51,185 bases of DNA, taken from positions 1 through 51,185 of the forward strand of contig JANRJA010000179.1 in assembly GCA_033764315.1 (NCBI GenBank), in the 5' to 3' direction. Under the pieces are notes generated by a model. The model saw only the letters and a list, made by a program, of their open reading frames with translations, had not been told where the DNA came from and made no database searches. Each line of letters starts with the position of its first letter. Position 1 is the stretch's first letter. A program made the translations under genes and the position numbers. Of the stretch, positions 27,658 through 37,845 are shown one piece after another. Source of the DNA: Oculatellaceae cyanobacterium bins.114 (GTDB lineage: Bacteria; Cyanobacteriota; Cyanobacteriia; Elainellales; Elainellaceae).

Positions 27658-27722
27658 TATTCAACTAAAAGATTATTCGCTTAGTTGAATATAAGCTAGG
27701 GTATAGTCAATTTAGTGACTAT
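27658..27722. promoter_or_regulatory. Two inverted repeats in the divergent intergenic region
   Basis: TATTCAACTAA-N12-TTAGTTGAATA (27658-27691) and ATAGTCA-N6-TGACTAT (27703-27722). Confidence 0.5.
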
Positions 27723-27821
27723 GTCAAGCCCTCGGTCAACGATTAACGACCCATAGCATCCTCATTTGAGCGATGATAGCTATCAGTATCAGCAGCAACG
27801 ATTTTGATGGTGTGGAGGCAG

Positions 27822-28079
27822 ATGATGGGTGAGCAATGGCGGGGCATTTTGAGTAAAGTGAGTCATCACAGCATCCTTAGCATTGGTAGCACAGGCAGTA
27901 TTTTGAGCATCGGTAGTGCTGGGAGCATCCTCAGCATTGGTAGTGCTGGCAGTATTTTGAGTTTTGGTAGTGCCGGAAGTATTTTGAGTGTTTTCAGCAC
28001 AGGGAGTGTTTTGTCTGTGTTGAGTGCTGGCAGTATGTTGAGTGCGCTGCAATTTCTTGCAGGCTGGCACATTCGATAA
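27822..28079 (+). CDS. Small protein of 9-residue (SILSIGSAG) repeats
   Basis: GGAGG before ATG; about 6 repeats conserved in protein but varying at synonymous positions. Confidence 0.75.
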   Translation: MMGEQWRGILSKVSHHSILSIGSTGSILSIGSAGSILSIGSAGSILSFGSAGSILSVFSTGSVLSVLSAGSMLSALQFLAGWHIR

Positions 28080-28176
28080 TCAATGCCCAAGTGAGTGCGA
28101 ATTCATGTGCCAGCAACAGAAACGGAGCATCCAGGTTTTCACAATTTTTGTCAGTTCACTAGCTCGATTTGTCCTC

Positions 28177-29007
28177 CTATTCCCTCATGTAACCGAGCAG
28201 TTTCCCAGTCGGTTCTCTTTCATCTGGTTGCTTTTTTAGGCTTTTTAGATTTGACTCTGCCTCTAACAACCGAATTGATAGCAATATCTCTGCCAAAACT
28301 CGCTGAAAGGCATAGTAACAACCAACCCAACCATCTAACAATCCCTGGTGCAACACCAAACAATAAACCAGAACGGCAAAGGGAGCAATAAACTTATAAC
28401 GACGCAAGCGATCGCCCCAACTCAGTTCTTGAACGGGTGTCTTTAATAGTTTTTGAACTTCGAGCAACGCATAGCGATCTTGTGCCCAGAGCCAGCGATT
28501 AAGAGATTTGCGATCGTCGTGGTAAATCGGGGAATGCAATGTTTTAGACAATCCATCAACCTGTAATAACTGCGTGTGTCCATCATCGATGTAAACCGCT
28601 TGCTCACGCCGAAATAGAGCTTCTCTGGGAGGAAGTAAAGTGCCACGTAGAGGTTGACCAAACACACAATACTTAAATGGAATGAAATAACTACTAATGT
28701 CAGAGTGAGCATCTAGAGTAGTGATCTCAGCGATTAATTCACGACTTAAACAGTAGTCTGCATCTAGTGAAAGCACCCACTCGGTTTGAACCTGTTGCAG
28801 TCCAAAATTCCATTGATTGGCGTGAGTATCAAACACTCGTTGAAACACCTCTACGTGAGGATAGTGTTGTAAGATTTGCAATGTTTCATCGGTGCTATAG
28901 CTGTCAATTACGACAATTCGAGACGCCCAACTCAACCGTTGCAGCGATCGCTCAATATTAGATGCTTCGTTGTACGTGAGGATAAGAGGAGTAATTGTAT
29001 TTAGCAT
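28177..29007 (-). CDS. Glycosyltransferase family 2
   Basis: ILTYNE, IDSYSTDET, LSLDAD; likely start MLNTITP. Confidence 0.92.
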   Translation of the reverse strand: MLNTITPLILTYNEASNIERSLQRLSWASRIVVIDSYSTDETLQILQHYPHVEVFQRVFDTHANQWNFGLQQVQTEWVLSLDADYCLSRELIAEITTLDAHSDISSYFIPFKYCVFGQPLRGTLLPPREALFRREQAVYIDDGHTQLLQVDGLSKTLHSPIYHDDRKSLNRWLWAQDRYALLEVQKLLKTPVQELSWGDRLRRYKFIAPFAVLVYCLVLHQGLLDGWVGCYYAFQRVLAEILLSIRLLEAESNLKSLKKQPDEREPTGKLLGYMRE

Positions 29008-29044
29008 AGGACGAAAAAGAAAATGAGAAATAAGTGCTGAAGAC

Positions 29045-30313
29045 TCACTGGCTACTAACGATTGAAGAGTGCCCATTGAAGAGCGACCATTGACGATTCA
29101 CTGTTGACCACTGAGCCGTCTCATACTGATGGATTAAATCTTGAGCAATTTTGTCCCAAGTAAATTGCTGCTGCACCATTTGTCGAGCGCGATCGCGTTT
29201 GGTAGCCAGTTGTTCAGGATGCTGGAGAGTTTGTTCAATAGCATGGGCGATCGCTTGAGGACATTGATCCACAACCCAACCCAGATTATGTTGTTGCACA
29301 ACCGTTGATAACGCTACTCCAGGGGTGGTTAAGACGGGCAATCCGGACGCCAGAGCTTCTAAAACAGCAATGCCAAAGTTTTCTGAGTGAGAGGTTAAGG
29401 CAAACAAATCAGACCCTTGCAAGAGTAGATCTTTTTGTTCACCCTCGACAAATCCAATCCGATGAGTTCTCGTCTGCAAGCCTGATTGGGTTAACAAGCG
29501 ATCGATCTCGGTTTCATAGTCGGGGGTTCCTGTTCCAGCTATGACAAACTGAAATGAATTCGTTTTGAGCATAGCCAATGCTGTAATTAAAGTATCCAAT
29601 CCTTTTTTAGGATGTAAGCGTGAGAGGAAAGTGATGATGGGTTGATCGGGTGCAATGACTGGGTTAGAGGCACTGCTTTGCGTTGCTAATTGTTTACACA
29701 GCTTTTGTCGCGCATTGGGGATAATGGCTGGCAAATCTAACCCATGAGGCACAACAAACCCGTTAAAAGCCATCTCTAACTGGTTTGCCTCGGCTTGTTC
29801 TTGAGTTGAGGTAAAGTGTAAGGCTGCACTTCCTTTTAAGTTGGCGCGTTCAATCAGGCTCAGATACAGTTGCTTTTTCAGCGAACCCTGTTGCAATGAC
29901 CAATGACAAAGTTGTCCTAAGGGACGCACGATATAAGGAATCTGCCGCGATCGCGCCATTGTCATTGCCACGGTGGATGGGTAAGAAAAAATGGCATGAA
30001 TGTGAACCAAATCGTAATGGTTGATGTGTTGCCCCAACCAATCAGTCAATGGGGAGGAAAAGGCAAATTCTCGTAGAGGGGCGATCGTTGGCGAAAACCG
30101 ATGAAAAAACCGAATTGGCACCGTTCCTGGATGAACAGGATACTCAGTTAGATGATTCAGAGGAACATCTAACAATTTAGCTCCGTTATCATTTGTGGTG
30201 GCAATCTCAGCATCAACGCCTTGTCCTCGTAATGCTTTTACCATCTGCAACACAGCTTGACTGGGGCCTCCTCGCACAGCAGCGATGGAAGGAATCACAT
30301 GAAGAACTTTCAT
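29045..30313 (-). CDS. Glycosyltransferase family 4
   Basis: GGPSQ, SRLHPKKG, SENFGIAVLEALASG (EX7E). Confidence 0.93.
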   Translation of the reverse strand: MKVLHVIPSIAAVRGGPSQAVLQMVKALRGQGVDAEIATTNDNGAKLLDVPLNHLTEYPVHPGTVPIRFFHRFSPTIAPLREFAFSSPLTDWLGQHINHYDLVHIHAIFSYPSTVAMTMARSRQIPYIVRPLGQLCHWSLQQGSLKKQLYLSLIERANLKGSAALHFTSTQEQAEANQLEMAFNGFVVPHGLDLPAIIPNARQKLCKQLATQSSASNPVIAPDQPIITFLSRLHPKKGLDTLITALAMLKTNSFQFVIAGTGTPDYETEIDRLLTQSGLQTRTHRIGFVEGEQKDLLLQGSDLFALTSHSENFGIAVLEALASGLPVLTTPGVALSTVVQQHNLGWVVDQCPQAIAHAIEQTLQHPEQLATKRDRARQMVQQQFTWDKIAQDLIHQYETAQWSTVNRQWSLFNGHSSIVSSQ

Positions 30314-30373
30314 AGGAAAGAACAACTAAGATGAGATGGACTGACTAAGAACCGCAGATAAATTCACTGACCA

Positions 30374-31435
30374 TCAAGTCGCTGATACTTTTTTGAGAAG
30401 CAGTATTTGACTGAATTGCTGCCAGAGGCGCAAGTTGCTTAGGCTAAGAATTAACAAAACACCGCCGATGCCAATCCAACCGAATGGAGTTACAACTAGG
30501 GCGATCGCTCCCACACCCGCCAGCAAGGTTAAACCATATATCGACCAGACCACCATTTGGCGAGAAAATCCCAATTGCAACAACCGATGATGTAAATGGC
30601 GTTGATCTGGAAAGAAGGGAGATTTTTTATCCAGTAAGCGCGACACAATCACAAAGGTCATATCAATTACTGGAACAGCTAACACCACAAAAGGGAGCAG
30701 GTTCATAACAAATACCTGTTCTTGCATTAAACCTGCCACACCAGCGGCTGCTAGCATAAAGCCGATAAAGTAAGATCCTCCATCTCCCATAAAAATCTTG
30801 GCAGGAGCCGCGTTATAGCGCAAAAATCCAAATGTTGCACCTGCCAGTGCTAACACCATGAGAGCGATCGCAGGATGATGGGATTGCAAACAAATAACCG
30901 CTAATGCCAACGAGGTGAGCATGGCAATTCCAGTGGCTAAACCGTCCATCCCATCCAACCAGTTAATCGCATTTGCCACCCCTGCCAACCACAAAAACGT
31001 GATCGGCAAGCTCATAAACCCTGTAGACAGTGCTCCCAAAAACGGGATCGGCAAGTATCTGACTTGAATGCCTAACGACCAAACCAATCCCGTTGTTATA
31101 GCTTGCAACCCCAATCGAACCAGCGGATGCAAATTCAACAAGTCGTCGGCTAAACCAATCGCAAAAAAGCTAATTCCACCCAACACAATGCCAACGAGAG
31201 GTGACACTTCACGGAGGGATAGAGCGTGAAATTCGTTGATTTGTGCCAGTGCAAACAAAGCCACCAGTGTCCCTGCACAGATGGCAATTCCCCCAACACG
31301 CACCATCGGTTGACGATGTAATTTGCGTTCTCCAGGATGGTCTACCCAATCAAAACGCAAACCCAACCAATGTACAATCGGAGTAGTGAGTAATACAGTA
31401 AATAGAGACAAAGCAAATGTGATCAGTGCGATCAT
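30374..31435 (-). CDS. MraY/WecA-family undecaprenyl-phosphate HexNAc-1-P transferase
   Basis: RKLH, GLADD, NAINWLDGMDGLA, IFMGDGGS and HLHHRL motifs; polytopic. Confidence 0.94.
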   Translation of the reverse strand: MIALITFALSLFTVLLTTPIVHWLGLRFDWVDHPGERKLHRQPMVRVGGIAICAGTLVALFALAQINEFHALSLREVSPLVGIVLGGISFFAIGLADDLLNLHPLVRLGLQAITTGLVWSLGIQVRYLPIPFLGALSTGFMSLPITFLWLAGVANAINWLDGMDGLATGIAMLTSLALAVICLQSHHPAIALMVLALAGATFGFLRYNAAPAKIFMGDGGSYFIGFMLAAAGVAGLMQEQVFVMNLLPFVVLAVPVIDMTFVIVSRLLDKKSPFFPDQRHLHHRLLQLGFSRQMVVWSIYGLTLLAGVGAIALVVTPFGWIGIGGVLLILSLSNLRLWQQFSQILLLKKVSAT

Positions 31436-31547
31436 GATTACCTTTCTGGCTGAATATCGTAATGTATTCAGTGTGATAACTAAATGTAAGCGATCGCGTT
31501 TTTTGAAGTGTTTGATTACTGTATACGTTTTAATCAGAGGAGCTTAA

Positions 31548-32714
31548 TTATTGAGTAACAGCCGTCAACGCTCGACACAATCCTTCCGTAGTTTGTTGAT
31601 AACTGTAATGTTGAATCTTTTGATAACTGTTGTGTCCCCAAATTTGCAACCGTTGGCGATCGCTCAATGCATGTTTGAGACATTCTGCCAGAGCCGTAAC
31701 GTTTCCGGCAGGAAATACCAATCCGTTATATTCTGATTCAACTAGATCAGCAGCACAACCCACATGGTCACTGACGATTATGGGTTTCGACAAACACATT
31801 GCTTCATTAATCGCGAGTCCCCAGGTTTCACCAGAACCATAACTAGGTAACACAAACAGGTCAGCGATCGCATAGGTGCGCGGCATCAAACTCTGATTTT
31901 GGAAGGGTACAAAATGGACATGGGAATGGTTGTTTGCTTGCTGTCGCAACTGTTTTTCTAACGCGCCAGAGCCAACAAACAACAGCGACACATCAGGCAG
32001 ATTTGCCTGAAGAAATGCCTGGAGTAAATCGAGTGGACGTTTTTTAGCAATCAATTTACCCGCAAACCCAATCACTGCATGATGAGCTGGAATTTTCAAG
32101 GCCTCTTTCCACTGGGTTGCCTGCCCTGCCGCATTCGTAGATGCAGCAAAGAAACGATCATTCTCAATCGCGTGGGGTGCGAAAAACAAGCGATCGGGTT
32201 CGACTCCGTGATATTGAAAGTAGTGATAGTTTGCTTTACCTACATACAGACAGGCTGCAAAGCGGTGATAGAGAGCGGTGATCCATTGGCGTCTTGCCCA
32301 CGCTTTAACCCCTGTTTCAGCAAAGAGCCGATGAGAATCACCCCGAAATAAAATAGGAGTTTGCCGCCACTGCCACAGAAATTGATACAGCGTTGCGTAA
32401 TTGTAATTCATCAACAACACTGCATCAGGTGCATACGCTTTGACTTGAGTCATCAAAGATGGATTCTGCAATCCCCAAAAATGATGGGTTCCCGGTTGTT
32501 GACTAACATTAGTAACAAACTCAAAATCGTAACCCGACAACAGAGGAATATCCCACTGAATCGACTGTTGAAAACCGCGATCGGCTTGCTGAGTTACACC
32601 AAAATCCCACAAATAAAAAACACGAATTTGTAAATGGTTTAAACTCGCCAAATAGCGAAACCACGGTGCATAATATTGAATCGGATGAGACGTAATAATA
32701 GCTAACTTTTGCAT
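31548..32714 (-). CDS. Glycosyltransferase family 4
   Basis: SHPIQY, GKLIAKKRP, ETWGLAINEAM. Confidence 0.92.
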   Translation of the reverse strand: MQKLAIITSHPIQYYAPWFRYLASLNHLQIRVFYLWDFGVTQQADRGFQQSIQWDIPLLSGYDFEFVTNVSQQPGTHHFWGLQNPSLMTQVKAYAPDAVLLMNYNYATLYQFLWQWRQTPILFRGDSHRLFAETGVKAWARRQWITALYHRFAACLYVGKANYHYFQYHGVEPDRLFFAPHAIENDRFFAASTNAAGQATQWKEALKIPAHHAVIGFAGKLIAKKRPLDLLQAFLQANLPDVSLLFVGSGALEKQLRQQANNHSHVHFVPFQNQSLMPRTYAIADLFVLPSYGSGETWGLAINEAMCLSKPIIVSDHVGCAADLVESEYNGLVFPAGNVTALAECLKHALSDRQRLQIWGHNSYQKIQHYSYQQTTEGLCRALTAVTQ

Positions 32715-32717
32715 AAA

Positions 32718-34169
32718 TTACACATTATTTTGAACAAGTTCTCTGAGGGTACGACGATACTTGTAGATTTTCATGAAAACATATTTCATACCAACAATTG
32801 GAACTGATGATTGAAAAAGCGTTGCAACATACACCCCTGCTGTCCATTCGGTTGAGGCTAGAGCCAAACTGAGAATCAAAACACCAAATAGCGATCGCGC
32901 CGAGAAGGTCGGAACCCCAATCCCTATGCGCGTAATGTATCCATAGAATGCCCCTAAAAACATACCTACTCCCGCACAGCCAAATAGCCCAAAGTTAGCA
33001 TAAGCTTCTGGTAATAATCCCCAAGCGATCGTGGTTCGCAACGTGTCTTGATAAGTTTGTCGCCCAATGTGAATATTGAGCATATGAGTCCCTTCATGAC
33101 TCCGAATTTTGTTGGGATTAATAAAACGAGGCATAAATAACTGTGGAATAATGGCATAGGTTTTTCCTTCCATATAAGGGTAGATCGCAGGAATTTTTTC
33201 CTGTGCCATCATCAACATATGAATAATGCTCGACCGCTCAACAAATGATTCTCGTTTTTCCTCAGGTGGGTCATATCGGGCAGGCTTATGGGTAAAGTGC
33301 TCGACTGAATGACTTGCCCATTCTTGAAACCACGCTGGATATTGCCAGGGCTGAACGTAATGAGTAGGCCCTTCCCAGTAGATCGCTCTCATGGGGTGCT
33401 TGCCGTAATGGAGGGGTAATAGACAAATTAAGCCAAACACAAGTGCCAGAACTGGAACTTTGCGGCCACCCACCACATACGCCACGATAGAAAGCATAAA
33501 TACCGTGAGTGCAGTTTTGAGAATGAGCGTTGCAGCACTCGTTAGAATGTAAGCACTGACCAAAACAAATAATAGACGCGATCGAAATGGTGTCATCTGC
33601 CCTGCACCACAGCGATAACACAGCACAAAGAATCCCAACAAGCTCAAGCCAATAATAATTCCCCGAATCAGTGCTAACAGCCCGCCACTAATACTGAACC
33701 ATCCTCCCAAAAGGTACATGTTCAGCAACACCCCTGCTCCTAAGACAAAAAAGAAGAAGGTTTCTGCTTTTTGAGTTTGTAAAGCGCGATAGGGTTTAGA
33801 AGAAGCTTTAGGAGACTTAACAAATTGCCACCAAACAAACGTTCCAGATCCTAAGAACAACACTGTAGATAATGCGGCATACAAGTGGGCAGAGGATGAA
33901 TACTTCAAAACATTTGGGTTTTCACTCAATAAGGGCAGTGCAAATGTCCACAGATAAGTGAGTGCAAAAAATGGAAAAATTGGAATCCCCTTGACTTTTC
34001 CTGAACACCAGAGATACATCGGAAACATACAAGCCATTCCAATTAACACTGCACCGACTGCTGTTCCTTCCGCCACTGTTTTTAAGCCACTCAGGTTTGC
34101 CAATAGCAACAAACCTGAGCCAATCCAAAATACCTGCGTGAGTTGTTGATCTTGAGTTTTTTTAGCCAT
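32718..34169 (-). CDS. Polytopic membrane protein, Wzy polymerase / O-oligosaccharyltransferase-like
   Basis: About 11 TM segments with a large extracytoplasmic loop ending LPEAYANFG; embedded in the GT cluster. Confidence 0.6.
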   Translation of the reverse strand: MAKKTQDQQLTQVFWIGSGLLLLANLSGLKTVAEGTAVGAVLIGMACMFPMYLWCSGKVKGIPIFPFFALTYLWTFALPLLSENPNVLKYSSSAHLYAALSTVLFLGSGTFVWWQFVKSPKASSKPYRALQTQKAETFFFFVLGAGVLLNMYLLGGWFSISGGLLALIRGIIIGLSLLGFFVLCYRCGAGQMTPFRSRLLFVLVSAYILTSAATLILKTALTVFMLSIVAYVVGGRKVPVLALVFGLICLLPLHYGKHPMRAIYWEGPTHYVQPWQYPAWFQEWASHSVEHFTHKPARYDPPEEKRESFVERSSIIHMLMMAQEKIPAIYPYMEGKTYAIIPQLFMPRFINPNKIRSHEGTHMLNIHIGRQTYQDTLRTTIAWGLLPEAYANFGLFGCAGVGMFLGAFYGYITRIGIGVPTFSARSLFGVLILSLALASTEWTAGVYVATLFQSSVPIVGMKYVFMKIYKYRRTLRELVQNNV

Positions 34170-35559
34170 GATTGACAAAACTCCGATCGAAGACAGCACA
34201 GAGTTTGCGAGTCATTTCACGAGCGGTGTAGGGTTGAAAAGCATCCCAATTCGTTTGGGGTTGCATTTCAGGTGAAATAGCCAGCGTTTGAATGTGGGGT
34301 AGTAGCGATCGCACCAGATGATCTGTACCTGTGGTTGTGTTAAACGTAATGACCTGTCCTGCTTGACAATGGCGCATAATATCCACGACTGAACTCTGCT
34401 CATGCACCACTGCCAAAATTGGTTTTTGTGCCAGAATGCAGGGATAGAGTTTTGATGCGGTGTAACTCGGATCATCAGAACCAATCAGTAAAATAGCATC
34501 GCTATCCACTAACACCTGCTGTGCTTCAAAGTAGGGGATGCGAGAGGGATGTTCTGTCACGAGATCAGCAATGCCACAATCATGGGCGATCGGCTCAATC
34601 GTTTTAACAGTCAAGTGAGGAGGAGCATAGCTGGTACCGACAAAATGCAGGTGAATGATCTGCCTCAGGTTAGGGTGACACTCACACACTTGTCGAATGG
34701 CCAAGAACAAAGCTCGTAGGGCGATCGCCATATCACTGCCACCTCGACCCACATAGACCCAATGACGTTTTCCATCCTTGGGGTTGAATAGCGTTTGCTG
34801 AATGTTGAGGCTAGCAAGCTGCCGAAAGTCTGATTCGGGTGCGCCAAATGGCAACACTGTAAATTGTTCATCTTGGAGCCAGGGATAGTGACTTTGCAAC
34901 GTTCTGGGGTATGCCGGAGAAACACTGATAACCTGATCGACCCGTCGCATTGCTCGCGGTTCACAAATGTTTGCCAACAGTTGTGTCATACGATATTTCA
35001 GCTGTCCTCCGGGTGGTTGAGTGCCCAATTTATGTTGGTAATCACTGCGCCAGGGATCTTGAAAATCAAGCACATAGGGAATACCAAAACGGTGCAGCCA
35101 ACGCCGTCCTAATGTCATTACTGGAAAGATCGTTGTTGAGAAAAAGACTAAATCAAACCCTCCCTGTGCTAATAAGCGATCGCCTGCTTTAGCAAAATAG
35201 GGCAAACATCGCCAACCCACATTACCTAACCCAAATCGCTGTGTGTAACGGGCTGGCAATGCCGGGGTGCGAGTCACAGGAACATGAGCAGGCAAGAGCT
35301 TTGCTAGATTGGGATCTTGGGGATGGGGCACTTGGTCAGGGTGCACTGCCAAAATGTGTGTTTCCCAGCCAAACTCTTGTAAATAGGGCAACGCTGTCCG
35401 AATGCGCTGGTGATCCGGTGCATTGACAGGTGGAAAGTGGGGACTGACCACCAAAACACGGTGTAAAGTTTTGGGCGATCGCCCAAAATCCGTTTGATGT
35501 GGGTTAAGAGATTTCATCCCTGAGTGGATTGTGGGGTACCATTTTACTATCAGAGACAA
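34162..35559 (-). CDS. GT-B fold glycosyltransferase (GT4-like)
   Basis: VSPHFPP, LDFQDPW and YTASKLYP motifs; true start may be 35517. Confidence 0.82.
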   Translation of the reverse strand: MSLIVKWYPTIHSGMKSLNPHQTDFGRSPKTLHRVLVVSPHFPPVNAPDHQRIRTALPYLQEFGWETHILAVHPDQVPHPQDPNLAKLLPAHVPVTRTPALPARYTQRFGLGNVGWRCLPYFAKAGDRLLAQGGFDLVFFSTTIFPVMTLGRRWLHRFGIPYVLDFQDPWRSDYQHKLGTQPPGGQLKYRMTQLLANICEPRAMRRVDQVISVSPAYPRTLQSHYPWLQDEQFTVLPFGAPESDFRQLASLNIQQTLFNPKDGKRHWVYVGRGGSDMAIALRALFLAIRQVCECHPNLRQIIHLHFVGTSYAPPHLTVKTIEPIAHDCGIADLVTEHPSRIPYFEAQQVLVDSDAILLIGSDDPSYTASKLYPCILAQKPILAVVHEQSSVVDIMRHCQAGQVITFNTTTGTDHLVRSLLPHIQTLAISPEMQPQTNWDAFQPYTAREMTRKLCAVFDRSFVNHG

Positions 35560-35587
35560 GCGTTTGCGATCGCGTATACGCCATTGT

Positions 35588-36631
35588 TCAATTTAATCGG
35601 TTGTCAATTAAGGTTTGATACAAGTTCTCATATTGAGTGGCGATCGCCTCAGCCGAAAAATGGTGTTCAACCCGTTGACGACAGTGCAACCGATCGATCG
35701 TAGAAAGTTGGGCGATCGCATCTACGGCCTGATCCACTGAATTCACCCAAAATCCATCAATCTTATCTCGCACAATTTCAGGCACTGCTCCTCTGGGGCA
35801 AGCAATTACCGGAGTGCCACAGGCGAGGGATTCAGCAAATACAATACCAAACGGCTCCTCCCATTCGATCGGTACAATCATCGCGGCTGCCTGACCTAAA
35901 AGCTGATTCTTTTGCACGTCATCAACGGGACCAACATACTCAATGCCGTCTTGGTTGAGATAGGGTGCAATTTCGCTTTGCCAATATGCCTCACCCTCAG
36001 GACTGGTAACTCGATTGCCCGCAATTAATAACCGCCTTCCGGCTTTGCGAGCAGCGGCGATCGCTGTGTGAACGCCTTTAATGCGTTCCAGGCGACTGAG
36101 AAACACGAGAGGTGCATCCATTGCCACGGTTGGCTGAACGGTGTACTTGTCTAATTCCACAAAATTGTAGATGGTTTGCCAGTGTCCTCCTGCGACTTGA
36201 CCGGCTCGACTAATATGCTGACTACATCCCGCAAAAACCAGAGAACTTCCTGCCATCCGGGCTGCCCACTGCACCGGTCGAGGAGTGGGTTGCCGCCCGT
36301 AGGACATAACCTTGGGCAAAGAAGACGACAGCAGGGGCAATAAATAAATCAACCGCGAGAAACTGTGGATGACATCGGGTTGAAACTGCTTGACGGCTTG
36401 CCACAGCGCGATCGTATTTCGTACCGTATGTTGTTTTCGTTGTGACTCCAGCCCAGGTAGGGAAAAGAACCGATCAACCGGAGAGGTAGACTCGGGGTGG
36501 GCAACCAATCCGACTGTATGACCTTTGGATTGCAACAAAACCGCCAGGGTATCCACTAACCGCTGCACCCCTCCATAGAGCGGAGGGGGAACGGGAATTT
36601 CAGGGTCAGCCGTGAGTAAAATACGCATCAC
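35588..36631 (-). CDS. Glycosyltransferase family 4
   Basis: VPPPLYGG, SRLERIKG, EEPFGIVFAESLACGTP. Confidence 0.93.
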   Translation of the reverse strand: MMRILLTADPEIPVPPPLYGGVQRLVDTLAVLLQSKGHTVGLVAHPESTSPVDRFFSLPGLESQRKQHTVRNTIALWQAVKQFQPDVIHSFSRLIYLLPLLSSSLPKVMSYGRQPTPRPVQWAARMAGSSLVFAGCSQHISRAGQVAGGHWQTIYNFVELDKYTVQPTVAMDAPLVFLSRLERIKGVHTAIAAARKAGRRLLIAGNRVTSPEGEAYWQSEIAPYLNQDGIEYVGPVDDVQKNQLLGQAAAMIVPIEWEEPFGIVFAESLACGTPVIACPRGAVPEIVRDKIDGFWVNSVDQAVDAIAQLSTIDRLHCRQRVEHHFSAEAIATQYENLYQTLIDNRLN

Positions 36632-37845
36632 AGTTCCTTTGCCAATGCTAATTGAGTGATATGCCGTAATTGATGGTGTTGTTTTTCCCAGTTATAGATT
36701 TCCTGAGCGGCTTGTTGAGCGATCGCTTTTGCCGTTGAGAGTTTCACCGGATCAGACAACAGATAATTGATGGCGGCAGCCAGTTCCACAGCATCTCCAG
36801 ACGGCACGAGGGCACCGATCGCTGGATATTGAGACAACACTTCTCGCTGTCCAGCGGTATCAGTTGCCACGATCGCCAGCCCTGCCTGGAGATACTGAAA
36901 TAGTTTGTTAGTAATTGTCAAATTGCGGCTGGGTGGACTGGTTTGCTCTAACGCTAAACCAATATCATGCTCGGCAATGCAATGGTGCAATTGGTCAGCA
37001 GGTACGGTTGGATGCAAAAATACACGCGATCGCCAGTCCAGGGGGATAAGTGACTCCAACCAAGTTTGGGTTGCAGCAGAACAAGTTCCCCGCAAATGCA
37101 ATTCCACAGGATATTGAATCAGAGGAAGAGCTTGAAACAAAGTCTCTAGACCGCGTCCTTTACCAATCGTTTGAGAAAACCAGTGCAGTGATGGCAAGGG
37201 TTTAGAGGGCACAACCGCTGGAAATTTTGTTTGAGGAAACACATTGTAAATCACCGTAGGAGTAGAAGCCTGGTAGACCTGCGCTAGAGCCTTTGCTAGA
37301 GCGTGAGAGGTGGTCAGGCAATAGGTACACCGTTGGATCAGGCGTTCTTCTAACGCTTTAATCCGCTGCACAGGACGGATAGACAAGGCTTCGGGTAACA
37401 AATCCTGGGAGAACCAATCCTCAAAATCGACTCCTACTCGAAATCCCTGTTGCATTAAGCGATCGCCCACCCATAATCCTGCTTCTGAGTGAACGATTGT
37501 TAGATCAGCTTTTTCCTGTAATGCAGCCTGCAACATAGCTTTGGCTCCATAGCCTAATAATGCAGGCGTAAATTGTCCTATTTTTTGAAATATTAGACGC
37601 GCTAAACGAGCTTGGAGCCTGACCCCCAATCGGCTCAATCGTCCTGGTTGAAAATCCAGCACGGGCTGGAAACGGTAAGGCTGGTGTGCCATCAATTGGC
37701 GATCGCGCTCCACCAGGGTTGGATCAAACCAAACACCCCGGACAATGACATCATGCCCTTCCTGCGCCAGGGTGAGAGCCTCCTTTTGAGGACGTGGTGC
37801 AGTACAGAGGTGTGCCCCAATTAAAATCAAGATTTTAGCCATCAC
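36628..37845 (-). CDS. GT-B fold glycosyltransferase (GT4-like)
   Basis: GKGRGLE, NKLFQYLQAGL, YNWE. Confidence 0.85.
   Translation of the reverse strand: MMAKILILIGAHLCTAPRPQKEALTLAQEGHDVIVRGVWFDPTLVERDRQLMAHQPYRFQPVLDFQPGRLSRLGVRLQARLARLIFQKIGQFTPALLGYGAKAMLQAALQEKADLTIVHSEAGLWVGDRLMQQGFRVGVDFEDWFSQDLLPEALSIRPVQRIKALEERLIQRCTYCLTTSHALAKALAQVYQASTPTVIYNVFPQTKFPAVVPSKPLPSLHWFSQTIGKGRGLETLFQALPLIQYPVELHLRGTCSAATQTWLESLIPLDWRSRVFLHPTVPADQLHHCIAEHDIGLALEQTSPPSRNLTITNKLFQYLQAGLAIVATDTAGQREVLSQYPAIGALVPSGDAVELAAAINYLLSDPVKLSTAKAIAQQAAQEIYNWEKQHHQLRHITQLALAKEL

Noticed and set aside
27789-28090. Minus-strand repeat ORFs (93 aa and 74 aa)
   Set aside because: Shadows of the + strand repeat gene, which has the RBS and synonymous variation pattern
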